A DNA stretch of 64,000 nt from Hydrurus foetidus (Eukaryota): the NCBI GenBank assembly GCA_900617105.1, contig UYFQ01000032.1, forward strand, positions 682,001-746,000, in the 5' to 3' direction. The translations under genes and the position numbers were made by a program. Each line of letters begins with the position of its first letter. The first letter of the stretch is position 1. Of the stretch, positions 19,968 to 28,132 are shown piece after piece. The notes below the pieces were generated by a model. The model was not told the DNA's origin. It saw only the letters and a program-made list of their open reading frames with translations, and searched no databases.

Positions 19968-21671
19968 TCATGGAGAAATCGTGGAGGAATTGTCCCGTCT
20001 TCGCATCGCCAAACTGCCCACAGCCACCACCAGCCCCGCCAACAGCCACACCGGCCACAAGCCAAAGCGCGATACCCACTGGGCATAAAAAGTTACCCCA
20101 TTGCGCCCTTCTACCTCGGTGCGCAGCACGCCACGGGTGGAGCGCGGCAAAGAAGCCGTGACGTGGCCCTTGTGGTCGATCACCACCGTCGCCCCGGTGT
20201 TGGTGGCCCGCACCATCGGGCGGGCGAATTCCAGGGCACGCAGGCGTGAGATGTTCAGGTGCTGGCTCATCGCCGCACCGTCGCCAAACCAAGCCAAATT
20301 GCTGACATTGACGAACACGGTGGGGGCGGTGGCCGGGTCAGTAAAACGTGTCCCCAGCTCTTCGCCAAACAAATCTTCGTAGCAAATGTTGGGGGCGAGG
20401 CGCTGGCCTTGCCACGCAAACGAAGCCTGCCCCACAGCCCCCCGGTTGAAGTCACCCAAGGGGATGTTCATCATCTGCGTGAACCAGCGGAACAACGGCG
20501 GGATGAACTCACCGAAGGGGACGAGGTGGTGCTTGTCGTAGCGGTAAGTTTCACCTTTATCGTCCTTACCGCCCTTTTCACCTTGCTCATGGCCCGTCGG
20601 TGCCAGAGCGATGACCGAATTGGTGTATCCCTCGGCCATGCTCCCCAAGGGGATGCCGATCAACGCGGCTTGGGCGCCTGCTTTGTGGGTCGCGTTGAAG
20701 TGCTGCTGCAAGGCAGACAGGTAGCCTACCGGCAGGTCACTGGGCAGCATGGGCACAGCGGTTTCCGGGGCGACGGTGAGCGAGCTGGTGCTGGCTTTGA
20801 GCTGCTCGGCGTACCACTGCAACGCCATAGGCACGCCCGAGCCTTGCTCGAATTTTTCGTCTTGAGGAATGTTGCCTTGCAGCAGGGTGAGGGAAAGGCG
20901 GCCAGCGGAGTTGGCGGGGTTTTGGCCCATGGCTGTGACGATCCCCAGAAACTGGCCCAACATGAGAGGCACCACGAATAACATCAGCAACCGGATCCCA
21001 TCTTTTTTGATACTGAAAGTGGGGGGGGTAATAAATAAATCAGCCTTATTCAACAGCGCTGTAGCAAAAAACATTGCAATTGCCGCAGTCAACGCGCCCA
21101 TGCCATACACCCCGATAAGCGGAGCAAAACGAGCTAATCCACTGTCCACATGCGCATACCCAGTCGCCCCCCACGGAAATCCGGTGAACCAGACTCCACG
21201 CGCCAGCTCAGCCAACGTCCAAATCGCTGCAAAAACAAGAGCACTCCACGCAGTATTTACTTGCGATAAAGCCTTAAAAGCAGCACAAGCTGTCGCGTAG
21301 TACATGGCCAGCACGCCTGCCAGCCCCAGCACGGCCAGAACGGCCAGCGGGGCGGCCAAACCACCGTAGGTGTGCATGGACGTGAACAACCACCAAAAGG
21401 TGCCTGCCAGCCATGCGGTGGCGAAGACCCAGCCCAGAACAAAGGCTTGGCGTGGGGTGTGCGTCTTGGCTTGGAGTTGCCAGCAGAAAAATGCCATGGC
21501 CACCAACTGCAACCAGCCTAGCGGCTGGCCGTCTGCGGTAAGGCCAATCCACCATGTCCACTGCTGACCATCCCAGGGAACGGCCAGGGAGAGGGCTTGG
21601 GCGAGGCCTGCGATGAGGGTCAGGACGAGGTGAAGAGGGGAAGGCGCGCGATCAGGCTGTGGCATCGTCAA
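19968..21671 (-). CDS. lnt: Apolipoprotein N-acyltransferase
   Basis: FTGFPW, QGNIPQ, PETA, KHHLVPFGE, ICYE, SNLAWF, RATNTG. Confidence 0.97.
   Translation of the reverse strand: MTMPQPDRAPSPLHLVLTLIAGLAQALSLAVPWDGQQWTWWIGLTADGQPLGWLQLVAMAFFCWQLQAKTHTPRQAFVLGWVFATAWLAGTFWWLFTSMHTYGGLAAPLAVLAVLGLAGVLAMYYATACAAFKALSQVNTAWSALVFAAIWTLAELARGVWFTGFPWGATGYAHVDSGLARFAPLIGVYGMGALTAAIAMFFATALLNKADLFITPPTFSIKKDGIRLLMLFVVPLMLGQFLGIVTAMGQNPANSAGRLSLTLLQGNIPQDEKFEQGSGVPMALQWYAEQLKASTSSLTVAPETAVPMLPSDLPVGYLSALQQHFNATHKAGAQAALIGIPLGSMAEGYTNSVIALAPTGHEQGEKGGKDDKGETYRYDKHHLVPFGEFIPPLFRWFTQMMNIPLGDFNRGAVGQASFAWQGQRLAPNICYEDLFGEELGTRFTDPATAPTVFVNVSNLAWFGDGAAMSQHLNISRLRALEFARPMVRATNTGATVVIDHKGHVTASLPRSTRGVLRTEVEGRNGVTFYAQWVSRFGLWPVWLLAGLVVAVGSLAMRRRDNSSTISP
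21225..21284 (+). repeat. AT-rich dispersed motif, copy 3 (inside lnt, antisense)
   Basis: CGCTGCAAAAACAAGAGC ACTCCACGCAGTATTTACTTGCGATAAAGCCTTAAAAG. Confidence 0.65.
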
Positions 21672-22588
21672 GCAGCCGCATCGTTATCCGGAACGGGGGA
21701 CACTTTGAACCAGCGCACGGCACCGCCCTTGGTGTGCAGCACCAAAAACCGCAGACCCGCCATGTCCCAATGCTCGCCGCGCTTGGGCACATGGCCCATC
21801 TCGTGGGCGATGAGGCCGCCTATGGTGTCGAAATCTTGGCTCGCATCGGAGGGGGTCAGCAGCACGTCGAAGGCTTCGTTGACGCGCTCGATGGCGGTGT
21901 CGCCGCTCACGCGGTAGGTTTTATCGGCCAAGCCGAAGATGTCGCCTTCGTTATCGGCAATGTCGAATTCGTCTTCAATCTCACCGACGATTTCTTCCAG
22001 CACGTCTTCGATGGTGATGAGCCCGGCCACGCGGCCAAACTCGTCGATCACGATGGCTTGGTGGTTTCTGTTGCCCCGGAACTCGCGCAGCAAATCGTTC
22101 AGTTGCTTGCTCTCGGGCACAAAGACAGCCGGGCGCAGCAGGGCGCGGACGCTCAGTGTGGGGGCGCGTTGCAGCTTGAGCAAATCCTTGGCCATCAGGA
22201 TGCCGATGATGTTTTCGCGCTCGCCACTGTAGACGGGGAAGCGCGAATGGCCGGTTTCGATCACAGCGTGTAGCAGGGCATCGAAAGGGGCTTCTATGTC
22301 GAGGGCGTCCATGCGCGGGGCGGCGACCATCACGTCGCCAGCGGTCATGTCCGAGAGGCGAATCACACCGTCCAGCATGACGCGGGTTTCGGCGTTGATC
22401 ACGTCGTTGTCTTCGGCATCGGCCAGGGCTTCGGTCAACTCTTCGCGCGAGTCGGGGCCGGGGCGGATGAATTCGATCAGCTTTTGCAGCAGGCTGCGCT
22501 TGTCTTCCCTCTCGATACGCGGATCGCCCCGCGTGGTGCTGGAAAACTCAGGACGGGATTCTGAACGGGAGGATGTTGGCTCTGACAC
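21668..22588 (-). CDS. corC: CBS/CorC-HlyC Mg2+/Co2+ transport-associated protein
   Basis: HSRFPV, VFVPESK, IDEFG..AGLITIEDVLEEIVGEIEDEFD, DTIGG; overlaps lnt start. Confidence 0.93.
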   Translation of the reverse strand: MSEPTSSRSESRPEFSSTTRGDPRIEREDKRSLLQKLIEFIRPGPDSREELTEALADAEDNDVINAETRVMLDGVIRLSDMTAGDVMVAAPRMDALDIEAPFDALLHAVIETGHSRFPVYSGERENIIGILMAKDLLKLQRAPTLSVRALLRPAVFVPESKQLNDLLREFRGNRNHQAIVIDEFGRVAGLITIEDVLEEIVGEIEDEFDIADNEGDIFGLADKTYRVSGDTAIERVNEAFDVLLTPSDASQDFDTIGGLIAHEMGHVPKRGEHWDMAGLRFLVLHTKGGAVRWFKVSPVPDNDAAA

Positions 22589-22678
22589 AGACCAAAAGCG
22601 CAGGACATGCGGTAGTGAAGGGAATGACAAGGATACTTGATAGGTCTGACAAGCGGGTGAAACGCACCCTATGGCTCA

Positions 22679-23830
22679 TCAAGGTTTGCCGTTTTTTGCC
22701 GGTTCTGCCTCCATCAATGCCCGCAGCAGGGGCTGGCGAAAAGCCTTGGCGGTGGGGTCGTACACGCCAAAGCCCGAGGCCAGCTCCCAATAACTCCAGG
22801 CAAAGCCCCGGCTTTCGGCCTCTTGCCGCATCAGGCGGGTGAAGTTGGCGCGGGATTCGAGGTCTGCCGCATTGAACGCACCAAACTCGCCCAGGTACAC
22901 CGGGTAGTTGTTTTTCACTGACCACGCCTTTGCCACGTCCAGCGGGGCGGTGATTTCAAGTTGCTGCGCAGCGCTGCAACAAACTACACCCTTGGGCAAC
23001 TCGGGTTTGATCCACGATGCCCCCTGGTGGGTGAAGGCGAAGGGTTCGTAATGGTGGATGGAGGCGATCAGGTGCGGGTCGTTGGGCAGGCGCAAAGCCT
23101 CCAGCGCTTTGGCGTTGTTCCAGTGGGTAGGGCCCACGATCACGGCCCGCTTGGGGTTGTGCTGGCGCACCACGGTCAACGCACGGGCCATCAGGTCGTT
23201 CCAGCGGGCAGCGTCCAGACGGCCATGCGGCTCGTTGTACAGCTCAAAAATCAGGCGATCGCTTTTGAACATGAAGCGCTGGGCGATCTGCTGCCACATC
23301 GTCAAAAAACGCTCGTCGGCCAAACCAGCATCGACGGGCAAATCACCGGCATCAGGGGCATCACCATCGAGCTGGCGGTAGTGGTGCATGTTGAGCACCA
23401 CGTACACATCTTTGGCCAGCAGCGCGTCAATAACGATTTCAACGCGCTTGGCAAACGGTGCATCGAGCGTGAAGGGCTGCGAGGGCAGCGCGTGGTTGCT
23501 CCAGCGCACCGGCAGGCGCACGCTGGTAAAGCCAGCGGCAACGGTCGCATCAATGAAGCCCCGGTTCACGATCAAACCCCAATCGCCTTCGGTGGGCGCT
23601 TCGAGCATATTGCCGAAATTAACGCCCCGCGCCAAACCCTTGACAGCCCGGAGCGCCTCGGGCGACGCGCCGGGCGGGTTGTCGCTGGCCATGGGCGGAA
23701 AAGGTTTTAAATTGCTGCGCATGGGGGTGGTACAGCCTGCGATAAAGAGAAGGCACAGCAGGCTGACGGCACCGCACAGGGTGCGCCAGCAGGCCAAGGG
23801 AGAACTAAAAAGCGCGAAAGGTGTGTTCAT
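22679..23830 (-). CDS. Glycoside hydrolase family 5 (endoglucanase-like) lipoprotein
   Basis: IAGC lipobox; RGVNFGN.LEAP, VRLPVRW, ELYNEP, HHYEPF.FTHQGA, LGEFG, WSYW. Confidence 0.92.
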   Translation of the reverse strand: MNTPFALFSSPLACWRTLCGAVSLLCLLFIAGCTTPMRSNLKPFPPMASDNPPGASPEALRAVKGLARGVNFGNMLEAPTEGDWGLIVNRGFIDATVAAGFTSVRLPVRWSNHALPSQPFTLDAPFAKRVEIVIDALLAKDVYVVLNMHHYRQLDGDAPDAGDLPVDAGLADERFLTMWQQIAQRFMFKSDRLIFELYNEPHGRLDAARWNDLMARALTVVRQHNPKRAVIVGPTHWNNAKALEALRLPNDPHLIASIHHYEPFAFTHQGASWIKPELPKGVVCCSAAQQLEITAPLDVAKAWSVKNNYPVYLGEFGAFNAADLESRANFTRLMRQEAESRGFAWSYWELASGFGVYDPTAKAFRQPLLRALMEAEPAKNGKP

Positions 23831-24066
23831 GCCGTCATGGTAAACGCAAGCCTAAAGTGCAAGCTTGATGCGGCGCGATCAAGCCTGCGATTTACCCCCT
23901 CAATACCCCCCTCAGCATTCACATTTTGGCTGCATGGGCAGAAGCAGCAGACCGCGCAGCATCCGTATCATCATAAATTTTGCCGCCAAACATCAGCGCG
24001 GAATGCTCACGCTTGGAGTATGAGCGTATTGTTGTGGTTACAACATATAACATTCAATGCATTTTT

Positions 24067-24080
24067 ATTGATAAATCAAT
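24067..24080. promoter_or_regulatory. Palindromic operator-like site upstream of the LysR gene
   Basis: ATTGATAAATCAAT in an AT-rich divergent region. Confidence 0.45.
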
Positions 24081-24106
24081 GCACTGACTGCATTTTGAGA
24101 CTCCCC

Positions 24107-25033
24107 ATGAACCTGCGACAAATGACCCATGTAGTAGCCTTGGCCGACGAACGCCATTTCAACCGAGCAGCCCAACGTGTAAACCTCAGCCAACCAGCGT
24201 TCAGCCGAAGTATCCAGGCGGTGGAAAAGTCACTGGGCCTGAAACTGTTTGACCGTGGCACGGTGGAGGCCACCTGCACCGCCGCTGGGGACTTGGTGGT
24301 AGCACGCTCACGCAAGCTCTTGTTTGACAACAGCTGCCTTGAGCGCGATGTCAGTCTGTTCCGTAACCGGCTGCTGGGGGATTTGAACTTTGGGGTGGGG
24401 CCGTTTCCTGCCGTTACGCGGCTGCCTGAACTGATGGTGGCTTTGCGCCTGCGGTATCCCGCCGTCAACAGCCGGGTTGAGGTCAACAACTGGCGCTACT
24501 TGGTTCAGCATCTGCGTGCCGAGGAATTGGATTTTTTTGTGGCCGAGGTTCGTGATGTCATCGACGACGGTGATTTGACGGTTGAACACATTGGCCAACA
24601 ACACGGTAGTTTTTACGTGCGAACCAGCCATCCACTGCGCCATCACCTGCCCATCAACGCCAGTGACATGGTGCCGTTTGGGCTGGCCTGCACGCGCCTA
24701 CCTGTAGCGATAAAAACCCAAGTCCGCCAGCTCTTGGGTTTGGACAGCGAAGCCAGCTTGCCGATGGCGTTGGAGTGCGATGACGTGCGCTTGCTCAAGC
24801 ATGTGGCGCTGGCCAGCGATACGATTCTGGCCAGCATCGACGAAGCCGTCAGCGAAGAAGTGGCGGCCGGACTGCTGCACAAGCTGACGCTTATCAATCC
24901 GCCTCGTTTGTATTCAGACCTGGGTATCGTGTCCCTGAAGGGCCGCAGCCATTCACCTATTGCTGAGTTTGCTGTTAAATTTTGGCAAAATTTACCCACA
25001 AACCCGTCCACACAACGGCAGTTACACGGCTGA
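24107..25033 (+). CDS. LysR-family transcriptional regulator
   Basis: MNLRQ..HFNRAAQRVNLSQPAFSRSIQ HTH plus substrate-binding domain. Confidence 0.95.
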   Translation: MNLRQMTHVVALADERHFNRAAQRVNLSQPAFSRSIQAVEKSLGLKLFDRGTVEATCTAAGDLVVARSRKLLFDNSCLERDVSLFRNRLLGDLNFGVGPFPAVTRLPELMVALRLRYPAVNSRVEVNNWRYLVQHLRAEELDFFVAEVRDVIDDGDLTVEHIGQQHGSFYVRTSHPLRHHLPINASDMVPFGLACTRLPVAIKTQVRQLLGLDSEASLPMALECDDVRLLKHVALASDTILASIDEAVSEEVAAGLLHKLTLINPPRLYSDLGIVSLKGRSHSPIAEFAVKFWQNLPTNPSTQRQLHG

Positions 25034-25810
25034 AAAATCAGGACGGCGCTTTTCCATGAATGCTGTGAACGCTTCACGTGCAGCGGGTTCGCGCAACATA
25101 CGGCCAAAGCTGATGGCTTCTTCTTTGATTTGCGCCGTCACGCGGGCGGCTTGGCCGCTTTTCATCAGGCGCTTGGTTTCGATCAAGGAAGTGATGGGCT
25201 TGGCAGCCAGTTTGCGGGCTTGGGCTTGGGCCAGGGCGTTGGCTTCGGCGGGGGGCACGATACGGTTCACCAAGCCCATTTCCAAGGCGGTTTCGACCAA
25301 GAAAGGCTCGCCCAGCAGCAAGGCTTCAGCCGCGCGGTGGTAGCCCATCATTTGTGGCACGAGCAGGCTGGATGCGGCTTCGGGGCACAGGCCCAGGTTC
25401 ACGAAGGGCATGGAGAACGCCGCGTTGTCGCCCGCGTAAACCAAATCGCAATGGAACAGCAGCGTGGTGCCGATACCGACTGCCGGGCCACAGACGGCGG
25501 CAATGACGGGCTTGGGAAAGTCAGACAAACCTTGCAGAAAGCGGAACACAGGTGCATCTTCTCTGGAGGGCGGCACATTCAAAAAATCGCCAATGTCGTT
25601 GCCTGCGCTGAAAATCGTTTCATGGCCTTGGAAGACCACCACGCGCACGGTGGCATCGGCTGCCGCCACGACCAGCGCGTCAGCCATTGCGGCATACATG
25701 CTCGCCGTGAAGGAGTTTTTACGGGCCACGCGGTTCAGGGTGATGGTGGTCACACCGGCTTCGGTGTGGGTCTGGATGTCGGTGTTCAGGGTATTGGGGG
25801 TGTCGCTCAT
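25022..25810 (-). CDS. Enoyl-CoA hydratase/isomerase
   Basis: FSAGND, KPVIAAV.GPAVGIG, PFVNLGLCPEAASS crotonase motifs. Confidence 0.93.
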   Translation of the reverse strand: MSDTPNTLNTDIQTHTEAGVTTITLNRVARKNSFTASMYAAMADALVVAAADATVRVVVFQGHETIFSAGNDIGDFLNVPPSREDAPVFRFLQGLSDFPKPVIAAVCGPAVGIGTTLLFHCDLVYAGDNAAFSMPFVNLGLCPEAASSLLVPQMMGYHRAAEALLLGEPFLVETALEMGLVNRIVPPAEANALAQAQARKLAAKPITSLIETKRLMKSGQAARVTAQIKEEAISFGRMLREPAAREAFTAFMEKRRPDFSAV

Positions 25811-25894
25811 GGCTTAGGTCTCTTTAAAAAAATCAAACAGGGATTTTCAGGCCGTATTTCAGTCTGCATTGAAGGCTTAACTTCTGGCTTTGCT

Positions 25895-26773
25895 TCAAGC
25901 CTTGTAGTAGACCACTTGGTGGGTGGTTGCCATCAGCACACCCGCCTCGTTCCACACCTGCGCCGTTTGGTCAAAAAACCCTTTGGCGTAAGCCTGCGCA
26001 CGGGCTTGACCCAGCAGATAACCGGTGCCTACGGTGGCCAAATCGGCGCTGTTGGCATGGAAATACACCGTCATGGACACGGTGCCCAGGGGCGTTAGGG
26101 TGGCGCGACGCAACAGAATGCGGGGAAAGAACACATCGCACAGCGCGGCCAGCGAACAAAAATCCAGCGGGCGAGCGGGGGTGTCACGCATCCACACCTG
26201 CGACAGGCTGGCTTTCAACGGGTCGTCGCTGGCGGCTTGGCCTTCCCAAACGGTGGGCATGTTGCCAAAAACCGGGCGCATCTCGTAGCGGTTCAACCAT
26301 GCCAAACGGGCACTGGTCGCGACAGGAGTGTCCAGAGGGCGGCTGACGGTGGGCATGGGCAAATCACTCGCGCCCCAAGTGTCACGGCGCAGGGCCGTCA
26401 TCACCGTGGCGGTCAGCACGACTTCATCGGCTTGGCCATCGGACGCTGTGGCACCCGGTGCGGGCTGGCACAGTTCCACCGTCCAGTGCTGGGTCGAGCG
26501 GTTGGTACGGGCGGGGCGGGCTGTGACGGTGAAGGGGCCAGGGGCCAATGCACCGGCAAAATTGACGGTGAGGGACACCGGCTCACCCAAGAGCAGCGGG
26601 TGCTGCATCACGGCATTGAGCATGGTCGCGGCACTGATGCCACCGAACGGCCCCACCATGTTGTTCCACGCGGGGTGCGTGGCCCCAGAAAACGCATCGC
26701 CGCCCAAGGCTTGGAGGGCGATGGCGGTATCTAACAGGTGGGTTTGAGGGGATGGAGGGGGTTCAGAAATCAT
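25895..26773 (-). CDS. Acyl-CoA thioesterase (double hotdog, TesB-like)
   Basis: NMVGPFGG, LCDVFFPR, GTVSMTVYFH, GFFDQ. Confidence 0.85.
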   Translation of the reverse strand: MISEPPPSPQTHLLDTAIALQALGGDAFSGATHPAWNNMVGPFGGISAATMLNAVMQHPLLLGEPVSLTVNFAGALAPGPFTVTARPARTNRSTQHWTVELCQPAPGATASDGQADEVVLTATVMTALRRDTWGASDLPMPTVSRPLDTPVATSARLAWLNRYEMRPVFGNMPTVWEGQAASDDPLKASLSQVWMRDTPARPLDFCSLAALCDVFFPRILLRRATLTPLGTVSMTVYFHANSADLATVGTGYLLGQARAQAYAKGFFDQTAQVWNEAGVLMATTHQVVYYKA

Positions 26774-26880
26774 ACGGAGAGTGTGCCTTGAGGTCGAAAA
26801 CTGCGCAGTCGTTTCAGAGACGGTTCAGAGACGGCACAGGGTGCTGCGTTGCGAGCAACACCCTGCGCAGGACGCTGGGT

Positions 26881-28089
26881 TTACACCCGCTCGAAAATCC
26901 CGGCAGCACCTTGGCCCATGCCTACGCACATCGTCACCATGCCGTATTTCAGGTTGTTGCGGCGCAGCGCATGGATCACCGTCGCGGCGCGGATGGCACC
27001 CGTGGCCCCCAGCGGATGGCCCAGCGCAATCGCGCCACCCATCGGGTTGACCTTGGCCGGGTCAAGCCCCAGGGTGTTCATCACGGCCAGTGACTGCGCG
27101 GCAAAGGCTTCGTTCAGCTCGAACCAGTCGATGTCCTGGTGCTTCAACCCAGCGTAACGCAGCGCAGCAGGGATGGCCTCGATAGGCCCAATGCCCATGA
27201 GGTGCGGCGGCACGCCTTTGCTGGCAAAACTGACAAAGCGGGCCAGCGGGGTCAAACCAAACTTTTTGATAGCAGACTCGCTAGCCAGGATAAGCGCACC
27301 CGCCCCATCTGAGGTTTGTGAGCTGTTACCCGCTGTGACCGAGCCACGGGCTGAGAACACGGTTTTGAGCTTGCCCAAGCCTTCCACGGTGGTATCGGGG
27401 CGTGCGCCTTCGTCCAGACTGACGGTGCGCTGGGTAACGGTGACTTCAGCCGATTCCAGATCCACGCTGCGCTCGCTCACGGTGACGGGGGTGATCTCGT
27501 CGGTGAATGCGCCCGCCTTCATCGCGGCAATGGCCTTCATATGCGATTGGTAGGCGAACTCGTCTTGCTGGTCGCGCGTGACCTGCCACTGCTGGGCGAC
27601 TTTTTCAGCCGTCAAACCCATGCCGTAAGCGATGCCGTAGTGGTCTACGTCGTCGGTGTTGGTGAAGATATTAGGCGACAAGCTGGGCGCATTGCCCATC
27701 ATCGGCACCATGCTCATGCTTTCCACACCCGCTGCGATCATCACCTCGGCCTCACCCACACGGATGCGGTCAGCGGCCATTTGCACCGCGCTGATGCCCG
27801 AGGCACAAAAGCGGTTGACAGTGACACCACCGACCGATTTGGGTAAGCCCGCCAGCACCGCACCGACACGGGCGATGTTCAGGCCTTGCTGCGCTTCGGG
27901 GATGGAGCAACCACAGATAAGGTCTTCGATGGCGAGGGGGTCTAAACCAGGCACTTGGGTCAACGCTGAACGCAGGGCAGCGGCCAGCAATTCGTCAGGC
28001 CGGGTGTTGCGAAAAAAGCCCCGGTGCGAACGGCCAATCGGGGTGCGGGTGGCGGCGACGATATAGGCGTCTTGAAGTTGTTTGCTCAT
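26881..28089 (-). CDS. fadA: Acetyl-CoA C-acyltransferase (3-ketoacyl-CoA thiolase)
   Basis: NRFCASG, NEAFA, GHPLGATG, MCVG.GQG. Confidence 0.95.
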   Translation of the reverse strand: MSKQLQDAYIVAATRTPIGRSHRGFFRNTRPDELLAAALRSALTQVPGLDPLAIEDLICGCSIPEAQQGLNIARVGAVLAGLPKSVGGVTVNRFCASGISAVQMAADRIRVGEAEVMIAAGVESMSMVPMMGNAPSLSPNIFTNTDDVDHYGIAYGMGLTAEKVAQQWQVTRDQQDEFAYQSHMKAIAAMKAGAFTDEITPVTVSERSVDLESAEVTVTQRTVSLDEGARPDTTVEGLGKLKTVFSARGSVTAGNSSQTSDGAGALILASESAIKKFGLTPLARFVSFASKGVPPHLMGIGPIEAIPAALRYAGLKHQDIDWFELNEAFAAQSLAVMNTLGLDPAKVNPMGGAIALGHPLGATGAIRAATVIHALRRNNLKYGMVTMCVGMGQGAAGIFERV

Positions 28090-28132
28090 GATGTTGGTTC
28101 TTTCTTATCGGCTTATGTCGACTGATATTGGC

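Noticed and set aside
23912..23974. 20-aa minus-strand ORF MMIRMLRGLLLLP... opposite the LysR gene
   Set aside because: Too short, no RBS, and cannot be supported as a gene remnant.
26813..26866. TTCAGAGACGG x2 and a CAGGGTG...CACCCTG hairpin between thiolase and thioesterase
   Set aside because: Probably an ordinary intra-operon stability or terminator hairpin; not CRISPR-like.
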